Shown here: positions 29,301 to 36,313 of the stretch, in pieces
How positions within the stretch are numbered: position 1 is the stretch's first letter
Layout: the number at the start of each line of letters is the position of its first letter
Source: Myxococcota bacterium
Lineage (GTDB): Bacteria; Myxococcota_A; Bradymonadia; UBA7976; UBA1532
Reading direction: 5' to 3'
Assembly: GCA_036337435.1 (NCBI GenBank)
Contig: JAYZEG010000001.1
Span: forward strand, 96,001 to 160,000
Length of the DNA stretch: 64,000 nt
The notes under the pieces: generated by a model
What the model was told of the DNA's origin: nothing
Databases searched by the model: none
What the model saw: only the letters and a program-made list of their open reading frames with translations
Translations under genes and position numbers: made by a program

Positions 29301-31289
29301 GCAATTGCCTCCGCTCTCCGGATTGCCCTCATCAGATGTGCCATCACAATCATTATCTAGGCCATCGCAGAGCTCAATGGTCGGGGGCCCCGGAATACCC
29401 TGACATTCGACGTCAAGCCCGTCAGCAGCACAAACCATTTGACCGGCAACCTCACACGTCCCAACACCCACAGTGCAAGGTTGTCTCAGGTTGAAGGTCT
29501 CATCGACCCGTCCATCGCAGTCATTATCCACATCGTCACAACGCTCAGCGCCAGGCGAACCCGCCGTCGCTGAGCAAACAAGGCCACCGCCATTGGAGCA
29601 AACGCGCTGACCGACACGTCGGCAGGCACCGATCCCAGCCGAGCAATCCTCACCCACGCCTGGTACTTCGTCGATGATGCCATCGCAATCATCGTCATCG
29701 TTATTGCAAAATTCATCGATAGGCTCAGACGAACGTACGCATTGAAGAGCACCGTCAGCACAGGTGAGCGAACCAATGAGACACCGTCCAAGCTCACCGG
29801 TCTCACAGGCCGCTCCAGCCCCGGGATTGCCCTCGTCGGTCCGACCATCACAATCATCATCTTGGTTGTTGCAAACCTCAGCATTGGGCTGACCCGCTGT
29901 AGCAGAACAAACGACGCCCACCCCGATTTCACAGATCTGAGTGCCGTTGGTCTGGCACAAGCCAACACCAGCACTACACGGCTCACCAACGCCGGGCACT
30001 TCATCAATTCTCTGGTCACAATCATCATCGACGCCATTACAGACTTCAGCAATACCATTGGCCTGCGGCACACAAATGAGCCCGCCCTGGACACACGTCA
30101 CGATGCCAGGGCCACACCGTCCAGGATTGCCCGAATCGCAATCGGCACCGCCGTCCGGGTTACCTTCATCAACAACACCATCACAGTCATCATCCAGGGC
30201 ATTACAGCTTTCGGCCTCGAGAGGCTCTCCTTCTTGAACGCTACAGACCACCTCGCCTGTTCCGTCAGGATTGCATCGATTTTCACCGTCACGCTGACAA
30301 ATGCCGCGGCCGACAGAACACACATCGCCTAAGCCAAGCTCTTCATCAACCACACCGTCGCAATCGTCATCCAGCTCATTACAGGTCTCAGCGCCCGGCA
30401 TCCCAGCTTGGGCATTACAACCAGCTGTGCCATCGGCATTACAGATGATGGCACCGGCCGCTTGACAAACACCTTGGCCAACGGTGCACATGCCGTCCAA
30501 GTTAAAGCCTTCATCTTGTAGACCGTCGCAATCGTTGTCCAAGCCGTCACAAATTTCATCAGCTGCGTCGCCGGGCTCTCCGACACACGTGGTCTCCATT
30601 TCATTCGCCGCACATACGGTCTCACCGCCGACGCGACAAATCCCTTGGCCAACTTGGCAGGCAGCATCGAGATCAAAGGTCTCATCGATACGCTCATCAC
30701 AATCATTATCGACCGAATCGCAGCGCTCAACGTTTCCTGGAAAGTTGATGGCGTTGCCGTCATCGCAGTCATCGCAAACGCCAACACCGTCGCCGTCTTC
30801 ATCGATATTGCAATCGATTTCCGGACGGCAGTAGGGCATGCCGTATTCGGGGTCTGCCTCGTCTAAATTGCAGTACACTCGGCCGTCTCGATCGAATCCA
30901 CGGTCATCGGTATACTTGCAGGTTCCACCCAGAGTAAAAACCTCATCGGTAAGGCCATCACAGTCATTGTCTTTCTCGTCGCAGAGCTCGTCGATCGGGT
31001 CAACCGACCCCATACAAGGCCCATTCCACAGACCATTTTCACTACAAACCTGCAAGCCTTCGAGGCACTCACCGACGGCCGTACCACATGAACGGGTCTC
31101 TCCTGCTTCGCATTCACGGATGACCATCGCACCATCGAGACGGAGGGTATCGGTCATCGCTGCCATGTCGGTGATTTGTCGAACGAACATGTCGCGCTGC
31201 GGTACAGTCGTGCCAACGGGGTCTTCGCAACCGCCAAAAACAATGAGCCCTAGTAGTCCGAGAGTTGATAACCCTCTACGCGTTGTCAT
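26313..31289 (-). CDS. giant surface lipoprotein: 16 MopE-type Cys/Asp repeats + DUF1565 / parallel beta-helix + choice-of-anchor-Q-like end
   Basis: GGGGAG RBS + MTTRRG...VFGGC lipobox, 16 DxDCDxxxD(E/N) units, FYVDDRNGSN.TGDGT..NPWRT, LRPGSPAIDAG, DQGAIE. Confidence 0.88.
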   Translation of the reverse strand: MTTRRGLSTLGLLGLIVFGGCEDPVGTTVPQRDMFVRQITDMAAMTDTLRLDGAMVIRECEAGETRSCGTAVGECLEGLQVCSENGLWNGPCMGSVDPIDELCDEKDNDCDGLTDEVFTLGGTCKYTDDRGFDRDGRVYCNLDEADPEYGMPYCRPEIDCNIDEDGDGVGVCDDCDDGNAINFPGNVERCDSVDNDCDERIDETFDLDAACQVGQGICRVGGETVCAANEMETTCVGEPGDAADEICDGLDNDCDGLQDEGFNLDGMCTVGQGVCQAAGAIICNADGTAGCNAQAGMPGAETCNELDDDCDGVVDEELGLGDVCSVGRGICQRDGENRCNPDGTGEVVCSVQEGEPLEAESCNALDDDCDGVVDEGNPDGGADCDSGNPGRCGPGIVTCVQGGLICVPQANGIAEVCNGVDDDCDQRIDEVPGVGEPCSAGVGLCQTNGTQICEIGVGVVCSATAGQPNAEVCNNQDDDCDGRTDEGNPGAGAACETGELGRCLIGSLTCADGALQCVRSSEPIDEFCNNDDDDCDGIIDEVPGVGEDCSAGIGACRRVGQRVCSNGGGLVCSATAGSPGAERCDDVDNDCDGRVDETFNLRQPCTVGVGTCEVAGQMVCAADGLDVECQGIPGPPTIELCDGLDNDCDGTSDEGNPESGGNCNTEFDGLCQAGIRNCRNAVLVCDRVNEPAVELCDGLDNDCDGRVDETFPLGNPCTEGVGACSEDGQLVCNDAQDGTQCSVTAGVPQNEFCDAIDNDCDGRTDEGYGVGDDCSVGEGRCRQNGRTVCLEDGTAGCDAVPGEPREEVCNAVPPVDDNFSRYDDDCDGLIDEGNPGGGAVELIPGAQGVCNIGIRTCVDGELVLVPRFTPGELQEVCDSIDNDCDGQEDEGNPGAGQVCEMGLPGTCNAGTTRCNGQISCFQNTPSSPETCDELDNDCDGTADEGFGLGDPCDGDDADQCTNGTVACDLETGGTVCIGDAVVEETCNDRDDDCDGIVDNGFDKLNDVTNCGSCGTDCRDPDPFNPGQELPNASCISGTCFQTFYVDDRNGSNSTGDGTEGNPWRTMSHALDGRIDSTQYAARIYVKPGRYSSDQWVDLQQCDGDGDGDPSNDSCATHTIACETNGDPRTIERCAECVCSPELQCAGGLCSMPESEREDLPIRMQDKVQLVGDGSIDHVVIDGGMLACFLTELHPDCDILRKPDGGQLVRAENMDDQPMMARGRTCYTLDDVRCMQPGDPNYLFLSRQPRWGAHGSRNLLSNMTLLRGSNTRNRIGTEEPTLFVTTLNNGVFEAPRQTNLRISNLKIVKSRADTEYPVAVFGNSNILLEDTLVESCEGRGPRGLVLATTQRNGGAISSTVIDRVTFQNNDVGDAPGSVRALVHTSTQLTLQNTVFSNNTGGGLYLQANGKALVNYNSFSRNSYYHIYVHQNVNKSVIIANNLFAKETNDTYLFVHSQAEQDTFIYNNIFDDDDPLVRTDRSGYGTAERLNGRSFASDNVQINLNLVNAESNNLALRPGSPAIDAGQLTPVPDPRPVTLSAAQCVDNADCQCVGNDCICINDDGCTTANARDSKWNLNADICNQDGLCEVDTVTDTDNDGAPDWIELILLGDEHFITETPDTIVYDTPYSVHPAYDLNSFLRPEGAASDQGAIEWAPPGD

Positions 31290-31460
31290 ACATCGCTCCC
31301 CTGTAACAGACTGTTGTCCATCGGATTGACGACTTTCAATCAAGATGTCCAACTGCCTACTGCGGTTTACCACAAGGTACCAGTCCACTGCTAGCGTACC
31401 TACACGTCCGCCGGCGAATTGTACATCGAGAATCAGGCAGCCCTAAAAAAGATAGGGAAT

Positions 31461-31862
31461 TCACCTCAATAATTTTTGTATCCTAGAGAGGAGTTTTCGA
31501 GGAGAGATCGGTTTCACTAGATAGTCGGTAATGCCAATTTGGAGTGCTCGATCGATGTCCATAGGGGAATTGGATCCCGTGAGAACAACAACCGGAATAC
31601 TGGCTGACGTCTCGTATTTTTTCAGGAGTTCGAGGAGTTGAAAACCGTCCATCCGCGGCATGCGCAAGTCGAGAATAATCAAGTCAGGTCTGGCTTTCTT
31701 CAGAAGCTTGACCGCACCAACGCCGTGCTTGGCCAATGCCGCCCGATAGCCAGCTCGCTGAACAACTTCACCGACCAAGCGCAGTGTTTTCGCGTCGTCC
31801 TCCGCAATCAGGATTAGCGGAGACTGAGCTGGTGTTTTTCCATCTGTTCCGGGCTCGCTCAT
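31461..31862 (-). CDS. single-domain (CheY-like) response regulator
   Basis: LIAEDD, ILDLRMPRMDG, VLTG, YLVKP: all receiver residues are present. Confidence 0.93.
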   Translation of the reverse strand: MSEPGTDGKTPAQSPLILIAEDDAKTLRLVGEVVQRAGYRAALAKHGVGAVKLLKKARPDLIILDLRMPRMDGFQLLELLKKYETSASIPVVVLTGSNSPMDIDRALQIGITDYLVKPISPRKLLSRIQKLLR

Positions 31863-34800
31863 AAATCAGCACCTGCCCGATGTCGAACGATGTCCATGAG
31901 GTCATGTGCCAAGCTAAAATGAGGCATCGATAAAGCGAGCTTTTCGAGGACGGGCTTCGCTTCCTTGTATTTGCCCAGTTCAATTCGGACTCTCGCCAAG
32001 CTAAACATGATGTTGGGTAAGTCGGGTTCGAGCGTGTGTGCCCGTGTCCAAAGCATATGCGCGGCGTGATGTCGCTCTTCGCAAAACGCATGAAGCGCGG
32101 CCAAGTTCAGACCTTGAGCTAAATCGGGAATCTCGTCTGGTGCCCCATGAAGTAATCGCGCTGCATCCTTGAGCTGCTTTCCGTTAATCATGTCTTTGAT
32201 GGTTTCTAGGTCCAATCGACCTTGGCGCGTCATGGGAAGGTCTTTGTCCACGTCGGTGGGCTTGCGGTCCCGGTTACGAGTGGCCTTTATGTCTTTGGCT
32301 GGGCCCAGATCGAAGCCAGCATTCAGACTCGCACCAAAGCTCGGAACAGACGCGGGTTGTGAGAACCCACTGTCGTCAAATTGTTCATCTGCCCCCGTCC
32401 CGAATTCGTTGGCTGCGTCCACTGGTTGTGATATCAGTCCGCGATCCATGGCACTGTCCATCCCATCAAAGATAGCTTCTGTCGCGTGTTCAGCACCGTC
32501 CTCCTGCACTGTTCCGAAATGCTCACGAATGCCATCATCCATGCGGACCGAGCCCATACCGCCGCGAACATCATCACCCCGCACCCGAATGCCGGCGCGC
32601 GAGTTGTAGCCACCACCGTCTCCACTGATATCGAGGGACCCTGTTACACTGGCATCCAACTCAAAAACACCGCCAGCCAAATCAAGTTCAAGTTCAAGCT
32701 CTTCGAGCCCAAGGTCAAAGGAATCAACTTGATGTGGAGGGCGCGATGGTTGAGGTGGGGGTGCTGCTCCGACATCGAATAATTTGTCAGCGGGTGTATC
32801 AGCGATGCTAATCAACTCGTCATCAGCTGCGGCGACATCCCAATTCTCGTCGTCTTCGTCGTCGGCGAAATCAAATTCATCACCTTCGAACTCGTCTCCA
32901 TAATCATCATCGAGTTCATAATCGAAGCCCTCTCGATATTCACCGGTTGGATCCAGGTAATCGCGTTCAACTAAATCGACAAGCGGCCCGTCACCTAGCA
33001 TGGCTCGCAACGCGTCCAATTCGGGTTGGTGGAGCTTATGTGGGCCCAGAAAGTGGTTCATGATGTTGACCTGCTCACGAATCGGGCGCCCTTCCAAAAC
33101 CGCCGCCAGAACCTGTATGCGGGTCATTTCTTGGTCCGTCAAGGTGGTATAGCCAGACGGGACTGGGGGCAGATAATGGCGTATTTCATCGAGGTCGATG
33201 TTCATGTCGACAAAGGATGTTAGTGCGCCTTCGAGCAGTGCTCGTTTCTCCGCCGCCCCCTGTCGATCAACTCTGTCCGGTGTAAATTCGTTGTGTGTTT
33301 CACCAGCAAATTCGGAGATCACGTCTTTGCTCAATATTTCCGCGCACGCTTGTCGGCAAAATTCGGAAAAACGAGCGGCGTCCATCGCATTGCGCCCGAC
33401 CTCGATGAGATTGCCAAGGGCGGAACTCAAGCGACCAACCGCCCCATCTGCCCTTGCACCCATGAGGAACGTAAGCCGCTGAACGATCTGGTCCGTGGGC
33501 GGTTCTGCTTTCTGAGTAAACCCCCGTCGAAGGGACATCCAAGCTGGTCGGCCCACCAAAACAGGCAACTCATGGCGAATCGCGTGGGACAAATCTTTCA
33601 AACGTTTTTGATCGATTGGACCCAAAACTCGACCGACGTCAAGAAGTTGGTCTAACGCGTTATTGAGCGGACTGTAGTCAGAAAAAGCCGACGACTCTAT
33701 GGCCGACTTAAAGGCGTTCAAATCGAGTAAATCGATCTCGGCCAGAGACGGGATTGGATTGAGTACGGCCAATTCGCGGATCAGCTTTTTGGGATCGATT
33801 CCCACGTATCGACCATCGAAACCTAAGAGTGCATTGAGTGCCTCGATGTGAATCTCGCCGATCTCTGTCGTCTTCGACATTCTCATAATTTGGCCAACGA
33901 GCGCAAAGCCAACATAGTCCAGCGCATCTTGCTCATCTTGGAGCATGATCAAGCGGACCGCTAAATTGTAGCGTTGCTGGGGATTGAGAGTTGCGCTCAA
34001 CCGCTCTGAAACACCCAAGAATTTTTTAATTGTCTCGTTGAGGGGGTCTTTTCGACGGGCAGGCAACCCATTGGCCTTGATGACTACGCGGGCCACTCGC
34101 TTTAAAACCATCAATCGAGGGGATCGATTTTCATCTTCCCGATCTTGGTCTCGATTTAACACAGCATCCATCAGCAAAGGGATTCTTGTCGCACCACCAT
34201 GCTTCGCAGCAAAGCTTTCAACAGCAGCCAAAACATGAAGTAACTCGTCCGCATCGATGCGATAGCGGGCCGTCACCTCGGGTATTCGATCTCGACCTTG
34301 GCTCAAAACCTCGAGAACGGCGCGAGCCATATTAGGGGACAATTGGTCGATTTGTGCACTTCGCCTGACAGAGACTTCCATGTGATTGGCGTGATCGCTC
34401 ATGTCTTCTGACCAAGGCCGACTCAAATGATCAGCAACACTGATCATTCGATCTCGCCATCCGTCTGCTTGGTCTGCCCATAGGGTTGGGTCAGGCTCCA
34501 TGAGTTCTGGCCCACCTTGCTCTAGAATCTGTGAACGAGTAATGCTGACACCGTTGTCTTGAATCGCTCTGATGTCTCTCATCACGTCAACGGATGTAAA
34601 GGATTCAAGCATCAGACTATCGACACCAAGTTGCAAAGCGCGGCGGATGTCATCCCGCGTCCAGTGACGTTGATATGCAACCACGACGGGATGACCTCGT
34701 TCTTTAATGGCACAGGAGAGTGCGATCGCCTCCCCAGGTGCCTCGTCCCAATCGATGAGAACAGCCTGATACCGATTGCTCTTTTCAAGCTGACTGATGG

Positions 34801-34939
34801 CTGCATCCAAACCGCTTGCACCGAGTACACGAACGGGCACTTCAGCATCTTCAAACCGCCGTTTGATGGACATGGTCTTTGTCCAGTTAACTGGAGCGAC
34901 CAATAATTGAATTTGTTGATTGGGTTTACGCCTATTCAC
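31859..34939 (-). CDS. large protein with atypical N-terminal receiver, acidic linker and C-terminal TPR
   Basis: AVLIDWD...RALQLGVDSLML receiver-like segment without the conserved Lys, D/E-rich stretch, TPR FSLARVRIELGKYKEAKPVLE. Start is uncertain (GTG 34939 chosen). Confidence 0.7.
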   Translation of the reverse strand: MNRRKPNQQIQLLVAPVNWTKTMSIKRRFEDAEVPVRVLGASGLDAAISQLEKSNRYQAVLIDWDEAPGEAIALSCAIKERGHPVVVAYQRHWTRDDIRRALQLGVDSLMLESFTSVDVMRDIRAIQDNGVSITRSQILEQGGPELMEPDPTLWADQADGWRDRMISVADHLSRPWSEDMSDHANHMEVSVRRSAQIDQLSPNMARAVLEVLSQGRDRIPEVTARYRIDADELLHVLAAVESFAAKHGGATRIPLLMDAVLNRDQDREDENRSPRLMVLKRVARVVIKANGLPARRKDPLNETIKKFLGVSERLSATLNPQQRYNLAVRLIMLQDEQDALDYVGFALVGQIMRMSKTTEIGEIHIEALNALLGFDGRYVGIDPKKLIRELAVLNPIPSLAEIDLLDLNAFKSAIESSAFSDYSPLNNALDQLLDVGRVLGPIDQKRLKDLSHAIRHELPVLVGRPAWMSLRRGFTQKAEPPTDQIVQRLTFLMGARADGAVGRLSSALGNLIEVGRNAMDAARFSEFCRQACAEILSKDVISEFAGETHNEFTPDRVDRQGAAEKRALLEGALTSFVDMNIDLDEIRHYLPPVPSGYTTLTDQEMTRIQVLAAVLEGRPIREQVNIMNHFLGPHKLHQPELDALRAMLGDGPLVDLVERDYLDPTGEYREGFDYELDDDYGDEFEGDEFDFADDEDDENWDVAAADDELISIADTPADKLFDVGAAPPPQPSRPPHQVDSFDLGLEELELELDLAGGVFELDASVTGSLDISGDGGGYNSRAGIRVRGDDVRGGMGSVRMDDGIREHFGTVQEDGAEHATEAIFDGMDSAMDRGLISQPVDAANEFGTGADEQFDDSGFSQPASVPSFGASLNAGFDLGPAKDIKATRNRDRKPTDVDKDLPMTRQGRLDLETIKDMINGKQLKDAARLLHGAPDEIPDLAQGLNLAALHAFCEERHHAAHMLWTRAHTLEPDLPNIMFSLARVRIELGKYKEAKPVLEKLALSMPHFSLAHDLMDIVRHRAGADL

Positions 34940-35240
34940 GAAAGAGTTCCGTCGTCCAACCGATGCCGATATGCAGTGCAATCTCCAGTGGGCCACAGCA
35001 ACTTCTGGGTGTCAAACCACAAAACACGAAAACCGTTCCAAAGTTCACGTCAAGCCGTCGCACAGTCTCACATGGCGGTGACAATGCGAGGCGAGGGGCG
35101 AAGAATGCTGATGGGTAGAATTCCATCAGCCTGCTCAACCGTGTATGCATACGTAGACAAGAACATTGACAGAGGCAACGCGTCCGGGCGACAAATAACG
35201 TCTGGTTTTTGTAGGTTCGCTCAACGCCAAGGGATTTAGG

Positions 35241-35483
35241 ATGCGAAGACTCTATTGGGACTTCTTCGGCTCGAGAGCTGCCGGGACAGCGGAACATTTT
35301 CGAATTCATCTAGATGGATTTATCGTCGATATGGATATTGTGGGCTGCGAGACGGGCCTGTGCGACTACACCACCGCCCATAGTGCAGCCTGGTGCGATG
35401 CCCCAGACGCAGCCTGCGACTTGCTCGTGACTCGCCTCAGACCACACCGTGCAGAGAAGCATGCGGCCGAGGACAATCAATAG
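35241..35483 (+). CDS. small hypothetical protein (80 aa)
   Basis: RBS-like TAGG, distinctive LYWDFFG..A.GTAEHF..HL and LRPHR motifs. Fills the intergenic gap. Confidence 0.65.
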   Translation: MRRLYWDFFGSRAAGTAEHFRIHLDGFIVDMDIVGCETGLCDYTTAHSAAWCDAPDAACDLLVTRLRPHRAEKHAAEDNQ

Positions 35484-35486
35484 GGG

Positions 35487-36134
35487 TCAATCCACGAACT
35501 GCTCGGTGAGCAGAAATCTCGAAAGTGCTTGGAATTGCGCCTCTGTCAGTGCCTTTAATGGGAATCCTGGCATGAGAATAGCCGGTCTCGAACTCGATTT
35601 TGAGCGGACAAACAACTCGAGTCTGGAACGGTTGAGTGGCCGACCAAAGAGGTCGCCTGCCAAACCGGGTTGGTGGCAGTGTTGACACGCCCGTTGATAC
35701 AGCACTCGGCCCGGCATATCTGGGGCCGGTTTCATCTCACCCGGTGCAAGCCCAAGTTGAGTGCTCAGTACGACCAAGGTAGTCTCATTCCACCCAGGCC
35801 TCATGAGATAGCGCTCCGTGCATCGATTGATGGATCGGCCAAAGTCAATACGCCCAGACTTTGCTGATGAACTCATCGTAAGTCTTGGAGCAGGCCTTAA
35901 GTCGAGAGCCTCGGCACCTTCGATGCCATGGCAATCTATGCAGGCATACCCACTTCGTCCCAAATTCCGGTTGGCTAGGAAGGCGGTCAAGGTTTCCCGA
36001 ACCGACCCAGAGCTGGCGCGGAGGGACGGACTGGAAAAATCAAATCGCTCTTCTGGCAATCTCATAGTCTGGCTGCATGCCGCTGCGAGCACACCAACCG
36101 TCAAGTAAACGACCCCTGTCACGAATCGAAGCAT
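35487..36134 (-). CDS. diheme c-type cytochrome lipoprotein (TsdA/SoxA-like layout)
   Basis: Lipobox LAAAC, CIDCH and CQHCH heme motifs, SINRC between the hemes, C-terminal MP. Confidence 0.8.
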   Translation of the reverse strand: MLRFVTGVVYLTVGVLAAACSQTMRLPEERFDFSSPSLRASSGSVRETLTAFLANRNLGRSGYACIDCHGIEGAEALDLRPAPRLTMSSSAKSGRIDFGRSINRCTERYLMRPGWNETTLVVLSTQLGLAPGEMKPAPDMPGRVLYQRACQHCHQPGLAGDLFGRPLNRSRLELFVRSKSSSRPAILMPGFPLKALTEAQFQALSRFLLTEQFVD

Positions 36135-36313
36135 GCCTGTTAGACCCAATATCAAGAAACCATGTCAGACCATCGATATCATCATCTCATGGAACGCGCA
36201 GGGCGACCAGACCTCAGTGCCAGTCATGGCCCGGCAGACCGATGGCGTTCACCAAGAATACAATGAGGGGCCCTGGGGGGGCCACCAGCCCTTTATTTGC
36301 TTGATCGAAAATA

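Noticed and set aside
26313..31289. Periodic repeats as a CRISPR array or DNA tandem repeat
   Set aside because: The units are degenerate at DNA level, in frame and conserved only as protein motifs. No cas genes are present.
27509..31329. Many 90-200 aa alternative-frame and antisense ORFs over the repeat gene (also 23345-24292)
   Set aside because: These are shadow ORFs produced by biased Cys/Asp/Gly codon content. They have no RBS or motif support.
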